A stretch of 64,000 nt of DNA from Octopus vulgaris (Eukaryota). Shown piece by piece: positions 26,264 to 40,018 of this stretch. Each line of letters opens with the position of its first letter. Position 1 is the stretch's first letter. The stretch lies in assembly GCA_951406725.2 (NCBI GenBank), contig OX597815.1:107446001-107510000 (forward strand), in the 5' to 3' direction. The notes beneath the pieces were generated by a model. It saw nothing but the letters and a program-made list of their open reading frames with translations. It had not been told where the DNA came from and did no database searches. The translations under genes were made by a program, and so were the position numbers.

Positions 26264-28789
26264 ATATTCGTATATATGTATATATATACATAACCCCACT
26301 TCCCAACCTGGCTTGCCCCCCTGCTCCTACCCATACTGCTGCACTTACATCTACCTCTCTTCTAGTGTTTTACATTTCGAGCCTATACTCTTTAACAGAA
26401 AGGAATATGAGGTAATAAACAGAGAGAGAATAAAAAAAAAATTATGGACTTAGCGGTCAATCATGTCAACTGGCTGGAAAAAGGTAGTTGGAGTGGAGAG
26501 CTAGGAAGAAAGGGAGATAATAAAGTACTGGTATTTCTAACATGAAGGTGCCTATGCATGTGTGTATGTGAAAGTGCGTAAGTGTGAATATGATATATAT
26601 AGATATATATATATATATCATCATCATCATCATCATTATCATCATTGTTTAATGTCCGTTTTCCATGCTGGCATATATATATATATGAAAATGTGTATGT
26701 GGTGTGGCTTTGAGTTTGTCCCCCCCCCCACTTGACAGCTGGTACATCTTAATAGTTTGGCAAAATAAACCGATAGAATAAATCCAAGACATAATAAAGC
26801 AAATCATGGGATTGATTTGATTAAGCCCTTCAAGGTGGTGCCACAGCACGTTTGCAGTCCAATGACTGAAACAGTTGGATGCTCAAATGTACGTAATGCA
26901 TGCTTTTTGAAATTCAGTAAGACCTCTCTACTGTTAAAAAAAGTTGTTCAGGCCAGTTTGATTGCTGCTAAAAAAGGCTATCATGATTTATGTATTTGCT
27001 TCCCAGTCTTGGTCATAACATACATAATAACTGAAGAGTGGATGGTGATCAACCAGTTCAAAAATAGATTTGATAGATGTGTGAGAAAAATATACTTGTA
27101 AACACCATTTTGTAATGCTGTAGAAGCTGCTGCACACAATTTGGTATTAATATTAATAGCTTTGTATCTTAGCAATAAAAGCAGTAAAGTCCTGTTATCT
27201 TAATGTTCTTAGTTGGTAAAGCATGCTATCTGTGAGGTTCTTGTACTGGACAACTGATCACATAGTCATGTTTTCACACTTTACTTCAGCCATTGTGTTG
27301 TGATACCCCTAATCAAGATAGATAACTATGTTTACTCCAGTTTACCTGCCTGGCAAAAATCAGGTTCCTTCTCTTTCATGATTGACTGGCTAGTAGTAGG
27401 AAGAAAATTCATCTGAGTATCAGATATTCCAATAAATATCATCCTCCCCATAATAATTTAGAAAGAAGAAACAACAAGAACACAATAAATGAAAAACATT
27501 TATCTTAAAAAAGTCTTACTTTCCTGTAGTTTTGTGACAATTATATCATACTATCTATCTTGTTAAAATGTTTTGTTGACACATCATAATCAATTATAAG
27601 GAGATTGGAATCAGAAAACACAAAAAGCTTGGCTTTGTACTTCCCATGATCAACATTTCCAAAGCAGAATACAAATATTGTAAATAACATGACCCCCAAA
27701 CGGAGAAAGTTTGTGGTATGTCTGTACCATAAGTTATATAGGTTGCTTCCAAACATTATTCCGTTAGTTATCACTTTGCCAAGCGTCTGATTGAGTAGAG
27801 TTGATTGAGGCTGTTTGAAGAAAGAGAAAGACATACATACATTCATGCATACACACACACAAATTTGTTGCATCTTGGGCGGGTCATTACACCAATAACA
27901 ATAAACACATGCACTGGTGCAATTTCACTGATTGGTTGTTTAATCGGTTGATAAATACCAAGTATACATATTAATACAAATATGTTAGCATAATTTTTTT
28001 CCTCACTGAAATTAATACTACATGAAGAAGGGTGTGAAATGGCCAAAATTCTAAATTCTTGCATAACTCCTTACTTTCATGGCTTATCCTCATGAAATAA
28101 TTTTGGCAATCAGGTCTTCTAGGTTTCAGTTGCATGGATACTCTACATTACACTTATAAATATTAATGATAAACTTGAGTGCTGTGAGGAGATGTTAGTA
28201 CTGACATTTTGAAGCAGAACCTTTCTTGAGAAAGGGAAAAAAATTTAAAGGTGAATTTTTTCGCCTCTCAAAAGAAGAGTTTTACCCTAAATGTCAGTAT
28301 TCATGTCTCCCCTACTGCATACAAGATTATCCAACTTTGTGAACTCTGTCTTAACATAACATCTGCAGTAAGAACTATGTGCGTGTGTGTGTGTGTGTAT
28401 GCATACATACATACATAGATATGCATTCAGATTGATAGATAGGTTGATAGAGAGACAGATATGTTAAGGTATAAACTTTTACTAGGTAGATGCACTTGAA
28501 CTTATGCAGAGTAATTTTCCTTCATCTAAGCAAAATATTTAATCAATGACTCAGTAGGTAGTCAGTGCTATGGATTTATATGAATTAAATGATCAGAAAG
28601 AATGAGTATCAAAATATACCATATTTAAATATATGGAATACTAATAAATTAACTCAAGGGACATCTACAGACATGACAGACGTAAATAGATACCCTTATA
28701 ATCATTAAAATTTACTTAAATCTGAAATTATACATTCAAATTATTTATTATTAGCTATAATGAGAATATTTAATATTTAGTAGACATGC

Positions 28790-29660
28790 CCTTTGTAATT
28801 TTCAATGCAAGGACCCGATTAGGCATGTTACTGATCAGAGAGATGACGAATATTCACTAGTGGAATTTCTTGCCAAGTTTCATGCAATAATCTCAAAAGT
28901 TCTGGCTTTGAAGATTCTTTGTTGTTCTTTTTATTAAGTGTCCTGTCCATTATGTCCCAGAGGTGTTCAATAGGATTCATATCTGGTGACTGACTTGGCC
29001 TTGGAAGCTTTTTAATGTCATTCTCATCCAACAAATCTTGTGTTATTTTTGCCATGTGACAAGGAGTCCCATCTTCCATAAATAAAAACTCTTCTTTAAT
29101 CATTTCACTACTGGAAAAGATCGGAAGATATCCTTTTTGCAATGTGAACACATATTTATCTGAGTTTGGTTCCCTTACACTCCACCAGCTCTGATCAGCC
29201 ATTGCTCCAAATCCCTCTCCAGACACTCACAAAATAGCTGCCATGTTTCATTGTTAGCTGCAATCTTTTCACATCAAATTCTTGATCACAGAGTCTCCAA
29301 ACCCACACTTGATCACTGTCAGGACATACAGCAAATCTGGACTCATCAGAGAATATGACAGTGTCCCAAAATGCTAGTGGCCTCTCCACCATCTCACTGG
29401 CTCAATCTTTCCTCTGCTTGATGTTGGCTGGTCAAGGAAGTGGCTTCCTTCTTACTGCTCTGCCATAGTAACCAAGTTTGTGGAGATACCTGACAGCTGT
29501 TCTGGGACTAACATCATTTCACTTAGCAAAGAGATGGGTCCTGTCAGAGGGCCCTGGTTGATCTAGGTGAGGTGATGCAGACTCCTTCTCCTCTCTGGTG
29601 AATTGCACAATCACTCTATTAACTATAGAAAACGGGATCCCAAAGTTTTTTGTGATTTTA
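28790..29660 (-). mobile_element. Decayed Tc1-family transposase
   Basis: Motifs VIFSDESRF, FMEDGTPCH and PSQSPDMNPIEHLWD (DD34E) in broken frames. Confidence 0.9.
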
Positions 29661-29664
29661 CGCT

Positions 29665-31125
29665 GATTATGTCCACCTTCAGAATGTTTTTATGTGCCAC
29701 TGGCATTGGTGCCATTTGCATGGCACAAATATCTGTCACAAGTGTGATTTTATTTGGCTTGATGGGTCCTCTTCTCAAGCATGGCCTAATGCCAAAGGTC
29801 TTGGTCATTCGTCATTGCCTCCATGAGACCCAATGCTTGAATGGTGCATTTTACATGCCACTGTCATGGGGTCCATTTCTATAACACCAGCATCGGCCAT
29901 GACTACAATTTCACTTGGCTTGATGGGTCTTCTCAAGAAACACTCGAAAGTGCTCTTCAAGTGCTACCAGCATTGGCCACTTTGTCTGTGAGGCCCACTG
30001 CTCCAAGGTGCTTTGTACATCCCACTGGCATGGATGCCAGTTATGTGACAGCAGCATTAACCATGACTACAAATTCACTTGGCTTGATGGGTCTTCTTAA
30101 GCATAGTATATCACCAAAGTACTCAGTCACTAGTCATTGCCTCTGTGAGGCTCAAAGTTTGAAGATCATGTTTCACTACCTTGTCCCATGTCTTCTTGGA
30201 TCTACCTCTACCACAGGTCTCTTCCACAGTTAGAGATCGGCACTTCTGTACACAGCTATCCTCGTCCATATGCCTAACATTACCATACTAGTGCAGTCGT
30301 CTGCCTTGCACACCACATCTGATGCCTTTTATACCGAACTTTTCTCTCAAGATGCTTACACTCTGTCAAACATGCACACTGACATTGCACATGCTTTTCG
30401 AAATTTAGAATTTCAAAAAGCCTATGTAGCATAGCTGTTTGTACACAGGTATCATACAATCTGCCTTTCACTCTGAGGGAGAGGCCCTTAGTTGCCAGCA
30501 GAGGTAAGAGCTCTCTGAACTTTGCCCAGTCTATTCATATTTTCACAGCTACGCTCTTGGAACATCCACTTCTGCTACTAACATGGTCACTTAGATAATG
30601 GAAGCTATCTACTACCTCTAGCTTACCCTGATAGCAGTTGATTGAGTATATTTTTGGTACATTTTCAGTGTTTATTGTAGCTGTGCATCTTCCATACACA
30701 TAAGCTATTTTCTCTGTTAACCTTCTTCTGATATAGCTGCACCTTTTATGTGTCCATATCTTACACTAGGTACATCTTATGAAGTTTCTACCTATGCCTT
30801 TTCTACAGATTGAGCAGGGCCATCTACCTGCAGGGATTTGGGATTTGTCTGCCTTCCTACTTTCTAAGTATGTTCTTGCTAGGTTGACTCTAAGGCCCTT
30901 CGATTCTAGACCTTGCTTCCACACCTAAAGCTTCTCTATTTCTGGGAGTGATTCAGCTATAAGAACAAAGTCATCAGCATAGAGGGGCTCTCAGGAGCAG
31001 TCTGTCTTAAATTCCTCTGTTATTGCCTGGAGGACTATGATGAACAAGAGGGGTCTGAGGATCGATCCTCAGTGAACCCCTACTTGTACCCTGAATTATT
31101 CATTGTATTTATTGTCAACCCTTAT
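29665..31125 (-). pseudogene. Decayed RTE RT plus 3'UTR fragment
   Basis: LYADD region, GRWPCSICRKG PHD remnant and KGRLYDTCVQTAMLH match the intact RT. Confidence 0.9.
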
Positions 31126-31172
31126 ACATACGCACATACATAAATACATACATATATACATACATACATACA

Positions 31173-31204
<32 letters not shown>

Positions 31205-31575
31205 GATACACACATACACACACACATGTTTATGTATGTATGCATGTGTAGATGTTAGTTGGTACAATCATGGTTGTTATTATTATTATTATTAATATTA
31301 ATATTAATTTTATTGACTTTTTTGTGTGGTTACACATTTTAATAGACTGGACTGTTAAATATATATGCCTGCTTTAAATGTGAGTGTACATGTATTTCCT
31401 TGATGTTGGTTATTGAACTATGAGTTCAATATGGAACATTATTGTGTTTGTTAATGTATATTGACCTGTATTGTTTATATTGTATTATTGTGTATATATA
31501 TATGTGTAGAAATATGAGTGTCTATGCACACATATTTATATTTATATGTAAATTTTTTTCATACTTGCATTAAAT

Positions 31576-31686
31576 TCTCTGAAGAGGCCGTGAGACATTC
31601 TTGTTAATGTCTCATTTATACCTGCTTTATATAGCTAATAGGTTAAATGGGGCATACCTGTCTTCACGGCCGAAACAGCTGTCAGA
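31576..31686 (+). ncRNA. Type I hammerhead ribozyme with canonical core and GUC site
   Basis: tct-CTGAAGA-ggccgtga...tcacggcc-GAAAC-agct-GTC-aga; 8-bp stem II, palindromic stem III. Confidence 0.9.
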
Positions 31687-31849
31687 TACAATATAAATGT
31701 ATTTTCTATTTCTATTTCTATGTCTTGTTATATTTGTAATATATTATGTATAATATAACTGCTGTTGTGTAATGGTTTAATAAAGTACTGATTGGGTATT
31801 ATCTGATGGTTGATGATTGATTTAGGTATATTTCTCCATTTTCTCATTT

Positions 31850-31883
<34 letters not shown>

Positions 31884-31909
31884 TATATATGTATATGTAT
31901 GTGTGTGTG

Positions 31910-32700
31910 TAATGATAAAGGGTAAAATTAATTAATTAATTAATAATTAATAATTTTACCAAATAGTTCAGTATGTTAAGAGAACCATTATCGGTAAACT
32001 TATACAAAAATTCTATAATTATGAGTATAGTTATACTTAGGGTTCAGCAAAGTTTGCTTCACCACATACCGAAATTTAGAAACAGCAGTCAAAACAACTA
32101 TTTCACTACCATAAGAAAATCTCCCAGACAGCAATATTCAACAATTCATGCAGGTAAAGAGAAAAAATAACAAATGCACTTGGCTTTGATTAACTGTATA
32201 CACGTTTCAGAGTTAGAGAGATGTGAAAAATGTAAAATTATATTTCTACTCTCTCATTTTCCTCTTCAGTACAGTAATTCAAGATTTTAAATTTGAGAGC
32301 ACTGGAAATTAACATACCTATCTGATCAAGCAACAGCAGACAACATACATCCAACAACCAGTACTTCTGAATTCAAACAGACAAATGAGATCTCATATTC
32401 CTCCTCTCTCACCCAAGTGTGCCAACAAGCAAAATTCTGCAGAAAACTGCAGTTTGCTATCAGGGAGAGAATTATATTATCAATAATAATAAAGGATAAA
32501 ATTAATTAATAATTAATAATTTTACCAAGTAGTTTGGTATGTTAAAAGAACCATTATCGGTAAACTTATACAAAATTTCTATAATTATAATTAGGGTTCA
32601 GCAAAATTTGCTTCACCACATACCAAAATTTAGAAATAGCAGTTAAAACTACTATTTCACTACCATGAGAAAATCTCCTAGACAACAATACTCAACAACA
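31910..32700 (-). mobile_element. Penelope-like partial tandem pLTR (direct repeats ~31911-32143 / ~32485-32698) around a hammerhead
   Basis: Two ~220-bp diverged direct repeats; abuts the (TA)n/(TG)n tract. Confidence 0.65.
32193..32275 (-). ncRNA. Type I hammerhead ribozyme
   Basis: Minus strand: actgta-CTGAAGA-gga..agagag...ctctct..tct-GAAAC-gt-GTA-tacagt; 6-bp stem I. Confidence 0.8.
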
Positions 32701-33225
32701 CATACTTGTACAACCTCTTCATTTCTTGTTCTCTTTATAAAGTTGTTTTGAAACAAAATGAAAAACAGCAAAATGCAAATTTAAAAAAAAAAATAAGGAA
32801 ATACCAATAAATCAAATAAATAAAATCACTCCAAACCTATTCTGAATTAACTTTTTATTATCAGAGTCACTTCTATATATTTTATACCCGTTTCATAATG
32901 TTTAACAATCTTTTATGAATAAAAGTTATATGAAACCAGTTTGCCATATTAATATTCATATCAATTTTACAAACTGTCTTCATATTTAGAGTCTTAATTC
33001 ATCAACTTGTCTAAATACAAAAAACTATTGGAATTTGTATATTGTCCAAAGAAAATAGTTCAAAATTTCTCATTTATTAATTTCTAAAAGATTATTTCTG
33101 TCAGTTCAAATATAATTGTGTGTATTTTTGCAGTGAATGTGTGTGCAGATGTTTGTATGTGCATATAAATAATACTTAAAATGTATAGATTTAACATCAA
33201 TCTCATTAATGTGTATATATATATG

Positions 33226-33257
<32 letters not shown>

Positions 33258-33331
33258 ATGTATATATACATATATAAACATACATATGTATATACAAACA
33301 CACATGCACACACACACATACACACACACAC

Positions 33332-33693
33332 GTCCAATACCAGTGCCACCTGACTGGTGCCCATGCCGGTGGTATGTAAAAAGCACCATTTGAGCATGAC
33401 TAATGCCAGTGTTGACTGACTGGCACCCATGCTAGTGGCACATAAAAATCACTGTTTGAGCGTGGTTGATGCCAGTGCTGCCTGACTTGGTCCCATGCCA
33501 GTGGCACTCAAAATGCACCCACTACACACTTGGAGTGTTTGGTGTTAGGAAGGGCATCCAGCTGTAGAAACCTTGCCAAATCAAATTGGAGCCTGGTGTA
33601 GCCTCCTGGCTTGCCAGCCCTCAATCAAACCATCCAAGCCATGCCAGCATGGAAAGCCGGCGCTAAATGACAACGACGATGATGATAATGATA
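33332..33693 (+). mobile_element. RTE 3'UTR fragment
   Basis: Modular gccggtggcac repeats followed by the conserved tail. Confidence 0.85.
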
Positions 33694-33815
33694 TATACAT
33701 AAAGATAGATAAATAGTTAGATAGATAGATAGATAGACAGATAGATAGTGAGAGAGAGAAAGAGAGAGAAAAGGAGAGATAAATATGTGTGTAGTATCTT
33801 TGTGTATATCTGTTA

Positions 33816-34109
33816 GTTAGTTAGTTAGTTAATTTGGCTCAAAAGCAAATAGCAAGGCCATGTAGGGGGACATAGAGTTAAGTACAGGGTGGTGTTCATG
33901 TAAAGAGTTCAGGCCACTTGAGGTCAAGGGAGGCTTTGAACAAAGCAGTTGTCGGCATCTTCACCATCTCGTCTGGCAGCTTGTTCCACGGATCTGCAAC
34001 CCAGACGGAGAAAGCTCCTCTCCTTCGATTGAGATGAAATCGTCGCAGGTAGAGCTTTTCGGAATGACCCCGCAGCCGACGCTCTGGAGCAGGAGTGAAG
34101 AACAGCTGT
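33816..34109 (-). mobile_element. 5'-truncated CR1-clade LINE with (CTAA)n tail
   Basis: Minus translation LRGHSEKLYLRRFHLNRRRGAFSVWVADPWNKLPDEMVKMPTTALFKASLD is a typical CR1 C-terminus; TSD atatctgtta at 33806-33815 / 34161-34170. Confidence 0.85.
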
Positions 34110-34322
34110 TACAAACACACATGCACACACACACATGTCCAATACCAGTGCCACCTGACAATATCTGTTATTGTTCTCTTCATGAACATCAGTTTAAAGT
34201 TCACTTTTCAATGCTTGTATGACTCAGGTGAAACTTTCTGAGACTGATTTTCTATGTCCGTGTGTGTGTGTGCATGCGTGCGTGTAGATAGATAGGTAGG
34301 TAGATAGATGGGCATGTATATA

Positions 34323-35204
34323 TGAGGTCTGATCAATAAGTATCTGGACTGTTTCCATAGTAACGAAGCTAAAGCATACAGAGTGAAGCTGCCTAGCAGC
34401 AATTGACTTTCAACTCTGCTGTGCATGTGCACTAAGTTTTAACATTGTAGCTCACTTCCACTGTCTACAGCAGTGCTTAAAAGGAAGATGTGTAGCATGT
34501 GATCTTCGCATTGATCATGACAGAGAAAGTTGTTATGGCGATGCCTGCTCAGAGGCCTACACAAAGTTGCAGAAAGTGTATGGGAAAGAGCATATGAGCC
34601 ACACACAAGTGTATAAGTGGTTCAGATGGTTCCAAGATGGCTGAAAAAAATGTCAATATTGATGAACGTTCTGGGAGACCCACAACCAACAAAACTGAGA
34701 AAACCATCGCAGATATGCATGCAGCTGTGAGGGGAAATCATTGAATCACCATCTGCGAGTTATGAGAGTATGTGCAAATTAGTTACGGTTCAGTTCAGTC
34801 CGTTATCACTGAAGATTTGGGTATGAGTCACACATCTGCCAAGTTTGTGCCAAAACTGCTTTCAGCTGACCAAAAAGACAATTGGGTTTTAGTTGCATAA
34901 GATCTCCTCGATTGTGTTGAGAATGATGAAAACTTTTTGTAGGCCTCTGAGCAGATATTGCCAAGCTTTTGGCAAAATTTGATGCCGATTCTTTATTCAG
35001 CTTTCTCTGTCACAGTCAATATGATGGTTACACACTACACACCTTCCTTCCAAGCTCTGCTATAAACAGCAGAAGCAAGCTAGAACATTAAAATTTAGTG
35101 TGCATGTACAGCAGAGTTCAAGGTCAACCTGTGCCAAATGGCTTCACTCTCTGTGCTATAACTTTGTTACTATGGCAATAGTCTGGATACTTATTGATCA
35201 GACC

Positions 35205-35207
<3 letters not shown>
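34323..35207 (+). mobile_element. Internally deleted mariner element with ~200-bp TIRs
   Basis: TA TSD; TIR gaggtctgatcaataagtatctggact; internal HTH remnant KLQKVYG..QVYKWFRWFQDG..SAKFVPKLLS. Confidence 0.9.
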
Positions 35208-35247
<40 letters not shown>

Positions 35248-35612
35248 TATATATATATATACATACATACATATATACATATATATAGAGAGAGAAAGAG
35301 AAAGACAGAGTAAGAGAGAGAGCTGGTGAATGAAAATGTGAAAGAAAGTGGAGTATGTAGAATGTACATTCTATGAAGTGTAACCCATAATGAAAAAAAA
35401 GAAATCACTCCATTTGTTGCATAAAAATTTACATTGCAAATTCAAAGAATTCATACCTCACAGCAATCATTATTTTCATTCTGGCATGGGAATTCTTGAA
35501 TTAGTGAAGAATTTTGAAGCTGATGTGTTTTGTGGGGGATGGATTTGGTTTGGATTAGTGTGGGTTCTGAATGGTGTAGTATGATGTTTTCTATTTGGGG
35601 AAAGACATTTAA

Positions 35613-35832
35613 CCCTTTCGTTACCAATCCGGCTGAAACTGGCTCTGGCTCTCAGTACAAATGTCTTGTTTTCATAAGTTCTGAATTAAAATCTTCCACC
35701 AAACCGTAGTCACAATTTATGTTCCTAACACTAGCTGAATGATAACTAAGTTATTTTACTAAATCCTTTGCTATATTTAAAGTAACTGAAAGAAACACAG
35801 AGCATCTTAAAATAAATACAGTAACAAAAGGG
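35613..35832. mobile_element. TTAA-flanked (piggyBac-like) MITE
   Basis: TIR ccctttcgttac / gtaacaaaaggg with TTAA TSD; homologous to 14239-14648. Confidence 0.9.
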
Positions 35833-37654
35833 TTAAGCTCAATTTCTAATTATCTTTCAATGCAAGAATTAATTATGCCTGTTTGTGTGAGTTGAGGTAT
35901 GTGTTAATCAGGACAAAAGGGGTTGTTATTTTTTCATTCAAAAACATAAACAGGTTGAGATACATTTGTTTACAGGCCAGTATTTATGAATAGTAAAGTA
36001 ATTTGGCAGTTATTGACAGAAAAAAAACAGAAAAGGGGGATTGCAATTTATGGATCAGTAGAAATGAAAGTTTTGGTTTCATTACTTTTATTTAAAAGTC
36101 ATTAGGATCATAGAGGGGGTAAATTGGTTAATTGTTGTGGTAGTTTAATTGTGAGAAAAGGTGTGATATGGGAGACATGATGTACAGAGAGGCAGATGTT
36201 TATACAGTAGGGAGAGAGAGAGAGAGAAAGAGAGAGAGGGGGGAGAGGGGGGAGAGAGAGAGGGAGAGAGAGAGGGGGAGAGAGAGAGAGAGAGAGAGAG
36301 AGGGGGAGAGAGAGTGTGTGTGCATGTGTCTATGTGTGTTTGTAGTATAATGGATAGAGTGGATAGGAATTGTGTCTTTGATAAAAATAAATAAATACAT
36401 GCACTCATTCATTTTATGTATATGTATGAAAATGCATACACATAAAATGTAACAACATGTATGCATAGATACATAGACATGCGGTATGCAGTCAAATGCA
36501 TGCATGTATAAACTTACACAAACACAGATAGTATGTACATTCCTAAATACATATAGTGTTCATATACATGATGCATGCATAGCTGTACCAGCATAAAAAC
36601 AGATAGCATGCATACACATTACATGTTATGAATATAGATGCATTTATGTCAGTATGTAGATATTATTCTCATCACCATCTTTATAATTGTTAACATCATC
36701 ATCATCATTATCATTTTAACATCTTTTTTTTTATCATACTGCAATAGATGGGATATTAATAAATGAAAACTTGTTAATCTGATGTAAAATTTCTAAAACA
36801 AAATGATTATATATTAATTAAGAATGATTTGATAAGTAATGGTCATTTATTCATTTGAAATAATTCATAATGAGGATTTATTAATTAAGCCATATTAACA
36901 ATGATAAATTTTTAATTAGACAAATTAGTGTATCTCACACAGGAAGACAAAAGGCTTAAAACAAAATTTACAAAATTTGCAAAATATTATGAAGGACTAT
37001 TATGTAGCCATAAGGAGTGAGCAAATTTAGAAGAATGAAAATAACAATAAGGAAATTATTGTATAGAGTGCTCAGGTGCACTACAACTCATCAGCAAAAT
37101 TAACTGAAAGTGTATGAACAGTACATAGAATAATGCACAGGTAATCTTCAATTTAAGTTGTTCTTCAGTTTTAATGTTATAAAATTACAAGGAAAACTGC
37201 CATTTCATGGAAAGAAAACCAAGTTGTACTGAATGCTGTTCATGTGAGAAAAATGGATGCTCTGGATGAAGCTAAAATTACATTCATGAAGTGGTTATTT
37301 TAAAGTTAGTAAGGACAGATATATAAGCATTTTTTTCCTCAACTTTATTTTTCGTTCCTTTCATTACCTATCTTTCTGGACAAAAGACTTCTGTCTGATA
37401 TGTTGATACCGTTTCTTTCTGGTAGATTGTACTGCATTCATTCTGAATTTCTATTCTTTTTTTTTTTTTTTTTCTGTTTTGGCTCATAATTAACTATTGA
37501 TGTATTTTAAAAATAAATATTTGTATTTCTCTGTTGATATTCAAATTTTGACATTGATAGATCATCTTGGTGAAAATTTAAAAAAACCCCAAAAAAACGT
37601 ATATATTATTGTGTGAGTATTTGAATAAAATCAGCTGATAGCCGCTGCTGCCGC

Positions 37655-38250
37655 CATTGTTGTTTAGCTTTTAAGTCAGCTTTGTCTGGGCAGACCTGTG
37701 AACAAATACATTCCAACTGTGATCCTTCCTGAAGATCTGTTGTAGATTTGGCTTCTATTTCTAACAGGTCACACTATGGTCTATAGGCTTTCTTATTAGC
37801 TCAAAGAGCTGATAAACCACATTGTAGCAATACAGATATTCAGCATTTCATATATGCAAATAAAGACACTCAGTTTGTTAGGTATGGAAATTATATCATT
37901 CATGCCAATCCTATTATTATTATATTATGCTGTCTTAAGATTTTTTGATTCAAACATGTCTCCCTCTTTTAAAGATTTCCTGCTCCAAATGTAATTAGGA
38001 AATTTGTTAAGTAAGGTTTGGCTGCCAAATTAAGCAACTACATAGATATGTTTATAGACTCACTAATAATCTTTGTTGTTGTTATTGTTTAACTCCAGGT
38101 TAACCCTTACAGAACTGATCTATAATCAAAAGTACTCCAGCAATGGCCACTATCTTTTTTTCAGAAGCATGCCTCAAACTAGATTATTCACTGTGTCATT
38201 TGCTTGCTATTTCTGGCAGAACAAACAACTATAAAAAAGCTCTCTATTTT
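37655..38250 (-). repeat. Two decayed copies of a (CAA)n-tailed interspersed repeat; others at ~46960, ~50720 and ~51730 (opposite strand)
   Basis: Shared ttgtttaactccaggtca..cagacctatgatcaaa and ttggctgctatttctagcag-like motifs. Confidence 0.55.
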
Positions 38251-38304
38251 GGTTCTTAAAGTTTGTTGTTAATGGAAGCAAATGGTGAAAATCAAAGTAA
38301 CAGT

Positions 38305-39300
38305 AAGTCATTGGTCTCTTTTTCCTATCTGCTAAATCACAGAAACATAAACAAACCAACATTGGTTACCAAACGGTAGTAAGGGACAACATTGAGACAC
38401 ACAGAATCACATAAAGGCACACACACACAAGAGATGGATTTCTTTCAATTTCTCTCTAACAAATCTATTCACAAAGTGTTGGTTTGTCTGAGGCTATAAT
38501 AGAAGACACCTGCGTATGGTTCATTGAAGTGGGATTGAACTTGGAACCATGTGGTTGGGAAACAAACTTCTTGCCACACAGCCACACCTCTGCCTTCTAT
38601 TTTAAGATTAGTTATTGTGAATACAATATTGAGTTTTCTAAATTCTTTTGTGTTTCTATCTAGATGCAGGTGTAGCTGTGTAGTAAGAAGCTGGCAGAAA
38701 CATTAGCACGCCAGGTGAAATGCCTAGCAGTATTTCATCTGTCTTTACGTTCTGAGTTCAAATTCTGCTAAGGTCAACTTTGCCTTTCGTCCTTTTGGGG
38801 TTGATCAATTAAGTACCAGTTATGCACTTGGATTGATGTAATCGACTTAATCCCTTTGTCTGTCCTTGTTTGTCCCCTCTATGTTTAGCCCCTTGCGGGC
38901 AAGAAAGAAATAAGAAGTTTGTTTTCCAACCACATAGTTTCAGTTTCAGTCCCACTATGTGTCAACTTTGGCAAGAGTCTTCTACTATAGCCTTAGGTTG
39001 ACCAAAGTCTTGTGAGCAGATCTGATTGATGGAAACTGAAAGAAGCCCACCCTGTGTGTGCATGTGTGTGTGCGTGTGTGTATGTATTTTCCTCCTACTA
39101 CAACTTGACAAATAGTGTTGGTGTATTCAGTCTCCTGTTACTTTATGGTTTGGCGAAAGGGACTGTTACAATATGTACCAAGTTTTACAAAAAAATAATA
39201 AGTGCCAGCGTTGATACTTTTGACTAAAATTCTTCAAGGCGGTGCCCCAGCATGGCCACACTCTACTGAAACAAGTATAAGATAAAAGACAAAAGATAAA
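38305..39300. mobile_element. SINE cluster: minus CORE-like SINE, plus CORE-like SINE (38663-39300) with a nested Meta-like SINE (38691-38910)
   Basis: Nested copy is bounded by TSD taagaag (38684-38690 / 38911-38917). Confidence 0.8.
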
Positions 39301-39672
39301 TATTAATGTTAAGTTCATTCATCACAAAACCGTAAATGAGAAGATACTTAATTGATCAGGATACCAATTAATTACTAATTGAGTGCTAGATTTAACACAA
39401 TACTCAATTAATACCTTCACCTGGCTCTTTGGTGTCTTTAGCAGAGCTTCTTTAGTTAGATACTCTCAGACCAGGTCTTCAGTACGAGGTTAACTTTCTT
39501 CCTTCAGCCCATGCCTAGGAAGCCCTGCAAATGGTCTGAAATAGACTCTAACATTCCTCTTTAGATGAAGCCATTATAAAAATATGTATAGCTTTTATTA
39601 TCTCAAATTAATTAATTAAAATACGGAGGCAGCAAATTTGTAGATAAGCTATTAATAAATTAACATTATCCC

Positions 39673-39704
39673 CTACCTACCTACCTACCTACTTATTTGT
39701 CCGG

Positions 39705-39773
<69 letters not shown>

Positions 39774-39904
39774 TGTCTGCCTGCCTGCTTGCCTGCCTGT
39801 CTATCTGCCTGCCTGTCTAGCTAGCTAGTTTTCTAATTATTTACCTACATACCTGCCTACCTTCCTACCTACTTATTCGTCCGTCTGCCTGTCTGTCTGT
39901 CTGC

Positions 39905-39940
<36 letters not shown>

Positions 39941-40018
39941 CTAGTTTTCTAGTTATCTACCTACATACCAACCTACCTACCTACCTACCTACCTACCAAT
40001 CTGTCTATCTATCTATTT
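39673..40018. repeat. Compound (CCTA)/(CCTG)/(TCTG)/(TCTA)n microsatellite
   Basis: Directly visible. Confidence 0.95.

Noticed and set aside
39400-39490. Minus CTGAAGA with cctggt/gccagg stem
   Set aside because: Followed by TGAAG rather than GAAA, with no convincing stem III.
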